From positions 28,259 to 92,258 of the forward strand of contig JAZDOJ010000007.1 in NCBI GenBank assembly GCA_043798795.1: 64,000 bases of DNA. The letters run 5' to 3'. A program made the translations under genes and the position numbers. The notes under the pieces were generated by a model. The model was not told the origin of the DNA, searched no databases, and saw nothing but the letters and a program-made list of their open reading frames with translations. The DNA comes from Candidatus Omnitrophota bacterium (lineage in GTDB: Bacteria; Omnitrophota; Gorgyraeia; Gygaellales; Profunditerraquicolaceae). Each line of letters begins with the position of its first letter. Positions within the stretch are counted from its first letter, which is position 1. Of this stretch, positions 21,198 to 33,270 are shown piece after piece.

Positions 21198-22174
21198 AAA
21201 AAAGAATCTTAAGCGGGATGCGTCCGACAGGTAAGTTGCATTTAGGCCACCTGGTGGGCGCCTTGGATAACTGGGTCAAGCTGCAGGAAGAATACGACAG
21301 TTTCTTTATGGTCGCAGACTGGCATGCCTTCATGTCCGAATATGAGAACACGAGGGAGTTGAAAGAGAACACGTTAGATAATGTCGTTGATTGGCTTGCC
21401 TGTGGCCTCGACCCCAAGAGGAGCACTCTCTTTATACAGTCCGAAGTCCCCGAGCACCTAGAATTATACATGATTTTTTCTATTGTAACGCCTCTCGGTC
21501 TTTTGGAGCGCTGCCCGACGTACAAAGAACAGCTGCGGGAACTCACGCACAGGGATTTGCACACCTTTGGATTCCTGGGTTATCCTGTTCTTCAGGCAGC
21601 GGATATCCTCATCTATAAAGCTGAGGTCGTTCCGGTGGGAGAAGACCAGCTTCCTCATCTGGAGCTGACCAGGCAGATCGCCAGAAAATTCAATCATCTT
21701 TATAAAAAAGATTATTTTTCCGAGCCGCAGGCACTCCTGACAAAGACCCAACGCCTTTTAGGGCTGGATGGAAGGAAGATGAGCAAGAGTTATAATAATT
21801 TTATTGCGTTATCGGAGGAGCCCTCTGTTATCCGAAAGAAAGTCGCGAACATGTTTACGGACCCTCAGAGGATTCGCTTGAGCGACCCTGGCCATCCGGA
21901 TAAATGCAATGTGCATTCTTATTATGCGGTCTTTGCCCCTGACAGAAAGAAGGAAGTGGATGAGCTCTGCCGCAAGGCTCAGATCGGCTGCACGGACTGC
22001 AAGAAAGAACTCGCCGAGAGACTCATCAGGGTCCTCGAGCCTGTCCAGAAGAAAAGAAACGAACTGCTCAAAGACAAGAATCAGATCTTTAAGATATTAG
22101 AAGAGGGTAAAAGTAAGGCTCAGTCCGTTGCAGGCAAGACTTTGTCGGAAGTCAAGAAATTGATCAATTTATAG
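21194..22174 (+). CDS. trpS: Tryptophanyl-tRNA synthetase
   Basis: HLGH-type motif (KLHLGHLVGAL) and KMSKS; 326 aa; ATGA overlap with infB. Confidence 0.95.
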   Translation: MKKRILSGMRPTGKLHLGHLVGALDNWVKLQEEYDSFFMVADWHAFMSEYENTRELKENTLDNVVDWLACGLDPKRSTLFIQSEVPEHLELYMIFSIVTPLGLLERCPTYKEQLRELTHRDLHTFGFLGYPVLQAADILIYKAEVVPVGEDQLPHLELTRQIARKFNHLYKKDYFSEPQALLTKTQRLLGLDGRKMSKSYNNFIALSEEPSVIRKKVANMFTDPQRIRLSDPGHPDKCNVHSYYAVFAPDRKKEVDELCRKAQIGCTDCKKELAERLIRVLEPVQKKRNELLKDKNQIFKILEEGKSKAQSVAGKTLSEVKKLINL

Positions 22175-22939
22175 ATGTCTTATAAGATAAAGTTAGAAAT
22201 ATTTGAAGGGCCGCTGGATCTCCTCTTGTATCTGGTCAAGAAAGATCACCTTAACATTTACGACATCCCTATTGCCAAAGTTACCGCGCAGTATCTTGAA
22301 TATTTGAATCTGATGCAGCTTTTAGATTTGAATATCGCCGGAGATTTTTTGGTGATGGCGGCGACCCTCATGCAGATTAAATCCAAAATGCTCCTGCCTC
22401 CTGAACCGCAAGAAGCCTCACAGGGCGAGCCTGAGGATCCCCGCGAGGAATTGGTGAAGCGATTGCTCGAATATGAAAGGTTCAAAGAGATTGCCGAATC
22501 TTTGCGTCAGAGAGAGACCAGCCAGAAAGAGGTGTTTAAACGGCCTAAAACAGAGATAGAAAAAGAGCTCCCCAGCGATGGGCGTGAGGTTTATTTTGAG
22601 GCGAGTATCTTTGATCTGATCCATGCCTTTACCAAAGCACTGAAAGATGTTCCCAAAGAAGTTTTTTACGAAGTCATCAAGGATGAATACACGATCGATG
22701 AGAAGATCCATGAGATCCTGCACCTTCTTCTGGAAAAGTCAACTATCCAGTTGACCCAGCTGTTTGGCAAGGCCAAAAGCAAGTTGGAGATTATTGTTAT
22801 ATTCCTGTCCATCCTGGAGCTCGTCAGGATGAAAGAGATTATCTGCCGACAAAGAGAACTGTTCCAGGACATCGAGATTTTAAGGAACAAAGAGAATATT
22901 ATCCCTTATGGCCGAAGAGACCAGAAAAACGCTTCTTAA
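22175..22939 (+). CDS. scpA: Segregation and condensation protein A
   Basis: N-terminus MSYKIKLEIFEGPLDLLLYLVKK typical of ScpA. Confidence 0.85.
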   Translation: MSYKIKLEIFEGPLDLLLYLVKKDHLNIYDIPIAKVTAQYLEYLNLMQLLDLNIAGDFLVMAATLMQIKSKMLLPPEPQEASQGEPEDPREELVKRLLEYERFKEIAESLRQRETSQKEVFKRPKTEIEKELPSDGREVYFEASIFDLIHAFTKALKDVPKEVFYEVIKDEYTIDEKIHEILHLLLEKSTIQLTQLFGKAKSKLEIIVIFLSILELVRMKEIICRQRELFQDIEILRNKENIIPYGRRDQKNAS

Positions 22940-23960
22940 GGGCCGGACTCCACCTTTCGTTCATGAGCCTCAAGAGACAGAAGAGGATGTTGTCCTCAAT
23001 ATTTCTTTAAGGCCGAAGAGATTGTCTGAGTTTGTCGGCCATAAAGAGATTGTGGATAATCTCAAAATATCCATTCAGGCGGCGAAACAAAGGAAGGAGC
23101 CCCTGGAGCATGTGTTATTAAGCGGCCCGCCGGGCTTAGGCAAGACGTCCCTTGCCCACATTGTCGCTCATGAGATGAGCTCCAAGATTACGGCCACCTC
23201 CGGACCCGCTATAGAGCGCGCCGGTGATTTGATAGGAATTCTCACCAATCTTGAAAAAGGGGACATCCTCTTTATTGACGAGATCCATCGGCTTTCCAAA
23301 GTGGTGGAAGAGTTTCTGTATCCGGCCATGGAGAGTTTTCAGATTGATTTTGTCATTGATAAGGGGCCTTATGCCAAGACCATCAAGTTTAACCTCAAGC
23401 CTTTTTCGCTGGTGGGAGCTACGACCCGAAGCGGCCTGTTAGCAGCGCCTCTGCGGGGGCGGTTCGGCATATTTTATAACTTGGATTTTTACAAGATAGA
23501 AGACCTGGCCAAGATCATCAAGCATTCCGCTAAGATTCTGAGCATGGATATAGAAGAGGAAGCGGCTTTTGAGATCGCCAGACGCAGCCGTGGCACGCCC
23601 CGCATTGCCAATAGGCTCCTGCGCCGGATCAGGGATTACGCCCAGGTCGCCAAAATAGCCACGGTCAACGCAGGATGTGCGGCCAAGACCCTGGATGAAT
23701 TGGGGATTGACAAGGCGGGCCTGGATGATTTGGACCGTAAGGTGCTGAAGTTGATTCTGGAATCTTACTCAGGTGGGCCCGTGGGTGTTGAGGCCTTGGC
23801 AGCCAGCCTGAATGAAGAAGTCGACACCATCGCCGATACGGTCGAACCGTATTTATTGAAAGCCGGATACCTGAAGCGCACCTCCCGCGGCCGCCTGGCC
23901 ACCAAATTGTCCTTTGAACACTTCGGCCTCAAATACGAAAAACAACCGGAATTATTCTAA
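22908..23960 (+). CDS. ruvB: Holliday junction branch-migration helicase RuvB
   Basis: LRPKRLSEFVGHKEI followed by LLSGPPGLGKTSLA Walker A; AAA+ and winged-helix C-terminus. Confidence 0.95.
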   Translation: MAEETRKTLLKGRTPPFVHEPQETEEDVVLNISLRPKRLSEFVGHKEIVDNLKISIQAAKQRKEPLEHVLLSGPPGLGKTSLAHIVAHEMSSKITATSGPAIERAGDLIGILTNLEKGDILFIDEIHRLSKVVEEFLYPAMESFQIDFVIDKGPYAKTIKFNLKPFSLVGATTRSGLLAAPLRGRFGIFYNLDFYKIEDLAKIIKHSAKILSMDIEEEAAFEIARRSRGTPRIANRLLRRIRDYAQVAKIATVNAGCAAKTLDELGIDKAGLDDLDRKVLKLILESYSGGPVGVEALAASLNEEVDTIADTVEPYLLKAGYLKRTSRGRLATKLSFEHFGLKYEKQPELF

Positions 23961-24022
23961 AGCGTTTCTAAACCCAATCTCAAAACGTTTCTAATCTTAA
24001 TCGTAAAACTGCTTTTTTCCAG

Positions 24023-24565
24023 ATGAAACTTTTACTCCATACCTGTTGCGCGCCGTGCGTGATTTATCCTTTGGAGAGGCTAAAGGCGCAAGGATATAGC
24101 GTCAGGGGATATTTTTACAACCCTAATATCCATCCCTTGAGCGAATACAAAAATCGTTTGAAAGCGGTCATGGATTTCAGCCATAAGCATAATCTGGAGA
24201 TGGTCCATCCGGAATACCATCCGGAGGAATTCTTTCAAGCCGTAAATCTAAAGGAAGATAGGCCCGAAAGATGCGCCATATGCTGGTCTTTAAGACTTCA
24301 AAGGTGCGCTTTGGCCGCAAAAGAAATGGGCTGCGGTTATTTTTCTACGACTCTGCTCGTCAGTCCCTATCAGGACCAGGAGAAACTAAAAGTCATAGGA
24401 AATGACATCTCCCGTGAAACAGGAGTGGAATTTCTTTATGAAGATTTTCGGCCCGGCTTTAAGATGGCGCATGAGCAGGCTAAGAACGAAGGGATCTATT
24501 GCCAGAAATATTGCGGATGTCTTTACTCAATGAAGCCCAGACTTACGTTCACTAACGTTCCGTAA
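24023..24565 (+). CDS. queH: Epoxyqueuosine reductase QueH (DUF208)
   Basis: MKLLLHTCCAPC N-terminal Cys cluster and CxxC...CGC pattern typical of QueH. Confidence 0.8.
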   Translation: MKLLLHTCCAPCVIYPLERLKAQGYSVRGYFYNPNIHPLSEYKNRLKAVMDFSHKHNLEMVHPEYHPEEFFQAVNLKEDRPERCAICWSLRLQRCALAAKEMGCGYFSTTLLVSPYQDQEKLKVIGNDISRETGVEFLYEDFRPGFKMAHEQAKNEGIYCQKYCGCLYSMKPRLTFTNVP

Positions 24566-24580
24566 GTCTGTGGCTGAATT

Positions 24581-24628
24581 GATCCTTGACATTTACACTT
24601 GAAAAATCATTTGAAAATGTCAAGGATC
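24581..24628. promoter_or_regulatory. Perfect 14-bp inverted repeat (GATCCTTGACATTT / AAATGTCAAGGATC) separated by 20 nt, downstream of queH
   Basis: Arms at 24581-24594 and 24615-24628 are exact reverse complements; each arm contains TTGACA. Confidence 0.6.
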
Positions 24629-24696
24629 CAATTCGCACTTATAACTTACTCACACTTTCAGTGTTCGTAAGTTATGTGCTCATTGGAAATCGAGAG

Positions 24697-24912
24697 ATGC
24701 AAGAAATCGGAAAAACATTAATTGTCTTCGGGATTATTTTAATAGGCCTCGGGTTTTTGCTGACATTTTTCAACAAAGTGCCTTTTTTGGGAACGCTTCC
24801 CGGGGATATTTACGTTGAAAAAAAGAATTTTACTTTTTATTTTCCCATTATGACGTCTATCGTGCTAAGTCTCATTCTGTCCCTCATATTTTGGCTAAGG
24901 TCTGGCCGATGA
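24697..24912 (+). CDS. Small DUF2905-family membrane protein
   Basis: Two TM helices and GTLPGDIYVEKKNFTFYFPI motif; internal ATG at 24697 preferred over the track start because the upstream part of the track ORF is hairpin-rich leader sequence. Confidence 0.6.
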   Translation: MQEIGKTLIVFGIILIGLGFLLTFFNKVPFLGTLPGDIYVEKKNFTFYFPIMTSIVLSLILSLIFWLRSGR

Positions 24913-26048
24913 AGCTTATCTGGAGAATCCTTTTTCTCATCTTTGTTATTCAGGCTAGCGCCGCAACCTGTCAGCAGGTTACCTGCGAGGAACCGTCCCG
25001 TTACGTGCGCGTGGCTGTTTTTCAGGAGGAACGCAGCCTTCGCGTTAAACTGAACGCCCCCTTTGAAATAACGGACTCCTCCGGGAGCATGATCCTAAAA
25101 GGCGATTCCCTGAAAACGACGGTCATCGCCCAAAAGGACAGGATCGTTTTAGCAGGTGAGTCTTTTAAGGTCTCAACCCTAATCATCCGGGTCGATTCCC
25201 CGAGCGTTATCAGCGTTAATGATCGGCTGTTCCGGGGCCAGATCCAGTTTATAAGAGGCAAGAAAGATACCCTGATCATCATCAACCTCATTGATTTAGA
25301 GGATTACGTCAAAGGAATTCTCTATCACGAAGTTTCTCATTATTGGCCTATGGAGGCTTTGATGGCCCAGGCCATCGTTTCCCGGACATATGCTTTGTAT
25401 CAAATGGAGGAAAACAAAGCGAAAGATTACGATGTCACCAGCGACATCTATTCTCAGGTTTACGGAGGCAGGACCTCTGAACGCTATCGGACCAACAGAG
25501 CCGTGGAGCAAACAAAAGGAAAAATTCTTAATTTTGAGGGAAAAGTTTTCCCGACTTATTTTTCGGCCACTTGCGCTGGGCACACAGAGAGGTCTGGTGA
25601 GCTCTGGAAGATAGATATGACGCCTCTTAAGGGTGTCGTGTGCGGATTCTGTAAAGACTCTCCCCATTTTCGTTGGCATTACGTTTTGTCACTGGAAGAG
25701 ATCCAGGAAAAGTTGTCCCAAGGAGGTATCCAGACAGGCCGCATAAAGGATTTGGTAATATTGGAACGTAATGAGTCCGGAAGAGTCAAGGGCCTTAAGA
25801 TCATAACCGCCGATGGAGAACAGGCCATTGCGGCCAAAGACTTCAGGAGTATGATTGGCGTTAATATCATAAGAAGTACCCGTTTTAACGTAAGCGTTAT
25901 CAATGAAGACGCTGTCTTTGAAGGGGCCGGCTGGGGGCATGGCGTCGGCCTCTGTCAATGGGGCGCTTATTTTATGGCCAAGCAGGGTCGCACGCACAAG
26001 GAAATCCTTACCTATTATTATCCTGGCTCACAGATGACGAATGACTGA
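24891..26048 (+). CDS. SpoIID/LytB-family amidase-enhancer domain protein
   Basis: Signal peptide; SpoIID signature YVKGILYHEVSHYWPMEALMAQAIVSRTYAL and CQWGAYFMAKQG near the C-terminus. Confidence 0.8.
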   Translation: MAKVWPMKLIWRILFLIFVIQASAATCQQVTCEEPSRYVRVAVFQEERSLRVKLNAPFEITDSSGSMILKGDSLKTTVIAQKDRIVLAGESFKVSTLIIRVDSPSVISVNDRLFRGQIQFIRGKKDTLIIINLIDLEDYVKGILYHEVSHYWPMEALMAQAIVSRTYALYQMEENKAKDYDVTSDIYSQVYGGRTSERYRTNRAVEQTKGKILNFEGKVFPTYFSATCAGHTERSGELWKIDMTPLKGVVCGFCKDSPHFRWHYVLSLEEIQEKLSQGGIQTGRIKDLVILERNESGRVKGLKIITADGEQAIAAKDFRSMIGVNIIRSTRFNVSVINEDAVFEGAGWGHGVGLCQWGAYFMAKQGRTHKEILTYYYPGSQMTND

Positions 26049-28863
<2,815 letters not shown>

Positions 28864-28866
28864 GGA

Positions 28867-29217
28867 ATGGATAAATTAAAAATGATTGAGGCTGATTTTA
28901 TCAAAAAAGAGATTCCAAAATTTAACGTGGGGGATACGGTTAAAATCCTGGTCAAGATCCCCGAAGGGCCTGACAGGGTGCGCCTGCATCCTTTTGAGGG
29001 CGTGGTGATTGCCAAGAAAGGTTCAGGGATAAGGGAGAGTTTTACCGTAAGAAAGGTTTCTTACGGAGAAGGGATCGAGCGCGTCTTTCCTACCTATTCA
29101 CCTAGTATTGAGCGTATCGAAGTCTTGCGTTCAGGTAAGGTCAAGAGGGCCAAGCTTTACTATTTAAGAGGCAAGGTCGGTAAACAAGCTACCAAGATCG
29201 AGAGCCGCGAAGAGTAG
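28867..29217 (+). CDS. rplS: 50S ribosomal protein L19
   Basis: 116 aa; [16 protein letters not shown] and RAKLYYLRG motifs. Confidence 0.95.
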   Translation: MDKLKMIEADFIKKEIPKFNVGDTVKILVKIPEGPDRVRLHPFEGVVIAKKGSGIRESFTVRKVSYGEGIERVFPTYSPSIERIEVLRSGKVKRAKLYYLRGKVGKQATKIESREE

Positions 29218-29218
29218 C

Positions 29219-29821
29219 GTGCTTTATTTCGAGAGAAAATTCAGAAAAAAAGGATTTGAATTCATTATCGGCGTTGATGAGGCAGGCCGGGGCCCTTTAG
29301 CCGGGCCTGTGGTGGCAGCGGCTGTTAGCTTAAGACCCCACCGTTTTAAAAATCGCATTGATGATTCCAAGAAACTAACATTTTTAGCCCGGGAGAGAGC
29401 CTTCCAGGAGATTATTCTTAACTGCGTTTTTGGTATCGGGGTTGTCCCCGAGGCAACCATCGATCGGGTGAATATCTTAGAGGCCACGCGCTTAGCTATG
29501 CGACAGGCGATTCATCGTCTGATTATAAAATTAAAACCCAAAGGCGAAAGTCGCATTTGGGTTTTAATTGATGGGAATATGACCCTGGATATAGACTTTC
29601 CTTATTCGGGTATTGTCAAAGGGGACTCCAGGTCCAAGAGCATTGCCTGCGCCTCGATCCTCGCCAAAGTGACGCGGGACCGTATCATGGTTTCCTATGA
29701 CAAGACTTACCCTCAGTATCGATTCATTAAGCACAAAGGTTATCCCACGCAAGAACACCGAGATATATTGAGGAAGATGGGTCCTTGCTCCATTCATAGA
29801 AGGAGTTTTTGCTGTGTCTAA
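29219..29821 (+). CDS. rnhB: Ribonuclease HII
   Basis: IGVDEAGRGPLAGPVVAAAV active-site motif; GTG start. Confidence 0.9.
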   Translation: MLYFERKFRKKGFEFIIGVDEAGRGPLAGPVVAAAVSLRPHRFKNRIDDSKKLTFLARERAFQEIILNCVFGIGVVPEATIDRVNILEATRLAMRQAIHRLIIKLKPKGESRIWVLIDGNMTLDIDFPYSGIVKGDSRSKSIACASILAKVTRDRIMVSYDKTYPQYRFIKHKGYPTQEHRDILRKMGPCSIHRRSFCCV

Positions 29822-30194
29822 AAGAAGCGTATGCCTGGGGCAAAATGGGGAAGATTTAGCTGTTGGCTTCCTGAAAGAAAACGGTTATAAGATTCTGCAT
29901 AGAAATTTTAAAACCAGGTTGGGAGAGATAGATATCATCGGCATGGATCAGGATACACTTTGTTTCATCGAAGTCAAAACTAGGAACTCTCTCAGGTGCG
30001 GCGAGCCGCAAGAGGCTATTTCTTCTTTTAAGCAGAGGCAGATGTCCAAAGCAGCGCTCCTGTTTCTTAAAGGACATCATCTTCTGGATGCTAAAGCCAG
30101 GTTCGATGTGGTTTCCGTTATCTGTTTAGATAAAACGCCAACATTCGATTTGATCAAGAATGCTTTTGAACTGGAGGCAAGCTATGTTATCTGA
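29814..30194 (+). CDS. yraN: YraN-family (UPF0102) endonuclease
   Basis: GEDLAVGFLKENGYKILHRNFKTRLGEIDIIGMDQDTLCFIEVKTR signature. Confidence 0.85.
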   Translation: MSKRSVCLGQNGEDLAVGFLKENGYKILHRNFKTRLGEIDIIGMDQDTLCFIEVKTRNSLRCGEPQEAISSFKQRQMSKAALLFLKGHHLLDAKARFDVVSVICLDKTPTFDLIKNAFELEASYVI

Positions 30195-31878
30195 TATCAA
30201 AATTGCCCAGAAAGCAAAAATAGTCCCGATAGAGAATATCGCCAAGAAATTAAAAATCGATAAACGATTCCTTGTGCCTTACGGCCGGCATATGGCCAAG
30301 ATCGATTTGGGTATTCTGGATAAAATTAAGAATAGGAAATCAGGAAAATATGTTTTGGTAACCGCTATAACACCCACGCCTTTAGGAGAAGGCAAGACCG
30401 TCACGACCATAGGTCTCTCCATGGCTTTGAATCGATTAGGTCGGTTAACCTCAACCTGCATCAGGCAGCCGTCGCTGGGGCCTGTCTTTGGTATAAAAGG
30501 AGGGGCAGCTGGCGGTGGGTATTCCCAGGTTTTGCCCATGGAGAATTTTAATCTTCATTTTACCGGAGACGTGCATGCGGTTGGCCTGGCGCATAATCTG
30601 GCTGCTGCTTTTTTGGATAATTCTCTCTTCAAAGGAAACAAGCTCGGGATCGATCCCGAGCAGATAACCTGGAGACGGGTGGTAGATGTCAGCGACCGCT
30701 CTTTAAGGAATGTCAAGATCGGTTTGGGCTCAAAAGACGACGGGGTTCCCCGGGACAGCGGCTTTGATATAACGGTGGCTTCCGAAATCATGGCTATTTT
30801 GGCCTTGAGTTCCGGTTTAACGGACTTGCGTAAACGTCTGGGGCAAATCGTCGTGGCCCATACCCAGGACGGCAGACTCGTCACCTGTGAAGACCTGCAA
30901 GTGGCCGGGGCCATGGCTGTTCTCATGAAAGAGGCCATAAAACCTAATTTGATTCAGACGATCGAAAATACCCCTTGTTTTGTGCACGCCGGCCCTTTTG
31001 CGAATATCGCCCATGGCAATAACTCCATATTAGAGGACCGCATAGCTCTGAGGTTATCCGAGTATGTGGTGACAGAAGCCGGCTTTGGAGCGGATTGCGG
31101 GGCAGAGAAATTCTTTGATATAAAATGTCGCGCAAGCGGCCTGGCGCCTCATGCCGTAGCCATGGTCTGTTCTGTCAGGGCTTTAAAAGCGCATAGCGGC
31201 CGATTTAAGGTTGTCGCGGGTAAACCTTTAGATCCAGCTTTAACGCAAGAGAACTTAGATGCTATAGAGGAAGGAGTTTGTAACCTGCAGAAACAGATTG
31301 AGAATGTTTCTCTCTTTGGTGTACCGGTGGTGGTTGCCGTCAATCGATTTACCTCTGATACAAAAAGAGAAATAGAATTTGTAAGGAAAAAAGCCCTGGA
31401 GTTCGGAGCCTTTGACTGTTGTGTCAGCGAAGTATGGGCCAAGGGTTCCTCAGGAGGTCTGGAGCTGGCTAAGAGCATCATGGCCGCAGCCAAAGAGAAG
31501 AGCCGTTTTAAATTTCTATATCCGTTAGATATTTCCATAAAGGAGAAGATCGAAACCATCGCGACAAAAATATACGGGGCCAAGAATGTCGAATATGCAG
31601 GCCTGGCTGAGGAGAAAATTAAGGTTTACACAGAGCAGGGTTATGATAGACTACCTATCTGTATGGCCAAAACACACCTTTCTTTATCGCATGACCCTCA
31701 CCTTAAAGGAAGGCCTCGAGATTTTACGCTTCCCATCAGAGATATCCGGGCATCCATCGGTGCAGGATTTTTATATCCTCTTTGTGGGGAAATGAAAACC
31801 ATGCCGGCGCTGCCCAGCCACCCTGCAGGAGAGAAGATTGATATCGACAAGAGTGGGAATATTGTGGGTTTATCATGA
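30184..31878 (+). CDS. fhs: Formate--tetrahydrofolate ligase
   Basis: MLSDIKIAQKAKI start, PTPLGEGKTVTTIGL P-loop, 560+ aa typical of FTHFS. Confidence 0.95.
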   Translation: MLSDIKIAQKAKIVPIENIAKKLKIDKRFLVPYGRHMAKIDLGILDKIKNRKSGKYVLVTAITPTPLGEGKTVTTIGLSMALNRLGRLTSTCIRQPSLGPVFGIKGGAAGGGYSQVLPMENFNLHFTGDVHAVGLAHNLAAAFLDNSLFKGNKLGIDPEQITWRRVVDVSDRSLRNVKIGLGSKDDGVPRDSGFDITVASEIMAILALSSGLTDLRKRLGQIVVAHTQDGRLVTCEDLQVAGAMAVLMKEAIKPNLIQTIENTPCFVHAGPFANIAHGNNSILEDRIALRLSEYVVTEAGFGADCGAEKFFDIKCRASGLAPHAVAMVCSVRALKAHSGRFKVVAGKPLDPALTQENLDAIEEGVCNLQKQIENVSLFGVPVVVAVNRFTSDTKREIEFVRKKALEFGAFDCCVSEVWAKGSSGGLELAKSIMAAAKEKSRFKFLYPLDISIKEKIETIATKIYGAKNVEYAGLAEEKIKVYTEQGYDRLPICMAKTHLSLSHDPHLKGRPRDFTLPIRDIRASIGAGFLYPLCGEMKTMPALPSHPAGEKIDIDKSGNIVGLS

Positions 31879-32441
31879 TCATGTATAAAGACGGTTCCAT
31901 CAGGAAATATTTAGACGATTTGGCTGCTAAGCTAAGCGCTCCCGGCGGAGGTTCTGCGGCGGCGTTAACGGCAGGGTTGGGAGCCAGTCTTATCAGTATG
32001 GTGGTGAACTTTACTTTAGGTAAACCCAAGTACGCTCCCTTTGAGAGGGATTTAAAAAAGATCCTAAAAAAATCGGAAGAGCTGCGTGAAAAATTCTTAG
32101 ACCTCGTTGATTTAGACGTAGTCGCCTATAAATCCAAGAACATAAGAGACGCCCTGGATATCCCCTTTATGGTGTGCCGCCTTTGTTTTGAAGCCATAAA
32201 GTTATGCCCGGGCCTCATTAAGAAAGGCAATATTTACTTGATAAGCGACGTCATGGTGGCTGGGATTCTACTGGAATCGGCTTTTGCTTCGGCATGTGCC
32301 AACGTCGAGATAAACCTGAAATCATTAGATGATAAGTCCTTAACCAAATCCGTAAGAAAAGAATTAGAGAAGAAAGCCAGATGGATGAAAAAGATCCGAA
32401 GAGACACGGAGGTTAAAGTTGGCAAAATTATTAGAGGGTAA
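31875..32441 (+). CDS. fchA: Methenyltetrahydrofolate cyclohydrolase (FTCD C-terminal, cyclodeaminase-family domain)
   Basis: LSAPGGGSAAALTAGLGASL motif typical of the FTCD_C / FchA family; ATGA overlap with fhs. Confidence 0.8.
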   Translation: MIMYKDGSIRKYLDDLAAKLSAPGGGSAAALTAGLGASLISMVVNFTLGKPKYAPFERDLKKILKKSEELREKFLDLVDLDVVAYKSKNIRDALDIPFMVCRLCFEAIKLCPGLIKKGNIYLISDVMVAGILLESAFASACANVEINLKSLDDKSLTKSVRKELEKKARWMKKIRRDTEVKVGKIIRG

Positions 32442-33270
32442 GCCGTTAGCGGATCAGATCAAAGAGAAGATGAAAGAGGAGGTTGCTGGTTTAAGCAATA
32501 AGCCGGTCCTGGCGAGTATCATGGTGGGAGAGAATGCAGGGGCAGCTAGCTATGTAAGATCGCAAGCTAAAGCAGCAGAAAACTTAGGGATTGTTTATCA
32601 ATTGCATACATTAAGCGCTGATACGGCGGAAGAGACCCTCATTGAATTTATTCAAAAATTAAATTCTGATAAATCTATACACGGCATTATCGTTCAGATG
32701 CCCTTACCTGTTTCTATTGATTACAAAAAGATAAGCCAATTCATCCTTCCTGAAAAGGATATCGAAGGGATGCATCCGGCGAATATGGGCAAGATTGTTT
32801 TCGGCAAAGCCGGACTCCTGCCCTGTACGCCCCAGGCGGTGATGGAATTGCTGAATGTAAGCGGGGTCGATCTTTACGGTAAAGAGGTGGTTATCGTAGG
32901 ACACAGCGAGATAGTCGGCAAACCATTAGCCCTGCTCTTATTGGAGAAATTGGCCACGGTGACCGTATGCCACATCGGCACAAGCCAGGCAGGGAAATTA
33001 GAGGAGCATGTCCGAAAGGCCGAAGTCTTGGTCGTCGCCGTAGGCAAGGCAGGCCTTATCAGGGGAGAATGGATTAAAGAGGGTGCGGTGGTCATCGATG
33101 TAGGGATCAACCGCGTCGGCGATAAAATCGTAGGGGATGTGGAGTTCGAAGGTGCGCAAATGCGCGCCTCTTGGATCACCCCTGTACCCGGCGGCGTCGG
33201 ACCTCTGACCGTGATCATGCTGATGCGCAATTGCGTTGAAGCCGCCAAGGAGCAAAAAGCGACCAGATGA
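32419..33270 (+). CDS. folD: Bifunctional 5,10-methylene-THF dehydrogenase / methenyl-THF cyclohydrolase
   Basis: 283 aa; GKPLADQIKEK N-terminus, VVIVGHSEIVGKPLALLL NAD(P)-binding motif, PVPGGVGPLT C-terminus; TTG start. Confidence 0.95.
   Translation: MAKLLEGKPLADQIKEKMKEEVAGLSNKPVLASIMVGENAGAASYVRSQAKAAENLGIVYQLHTLSADTAEETLIEFIQKLNSDKSIHGIIVQMPLPVSIDYKKISQFILPEKDIEGMHPANMGKIVFGKAGLLPCTPQAVMELLNVSGVDLYGKEVVIVGHSEIVGKPLALLLLEKLATVTVCHIGTSQAGKLEEHVRKAEVLVVAVGKAGLIRGEWIKEGAVVIDVGINRVGDKIVGDVEFEGAQMRASWITPVPGGVGPLTVIMLMRNCVEAAKEQKATR

Noticed and set aside
23961-24022. Possible preQ1 riboswitch upstream of queH
   Set aside because: No P1 stem plus A-rich tail architecture resembling preQ1-I/II aptamers; only a direct repeat is present
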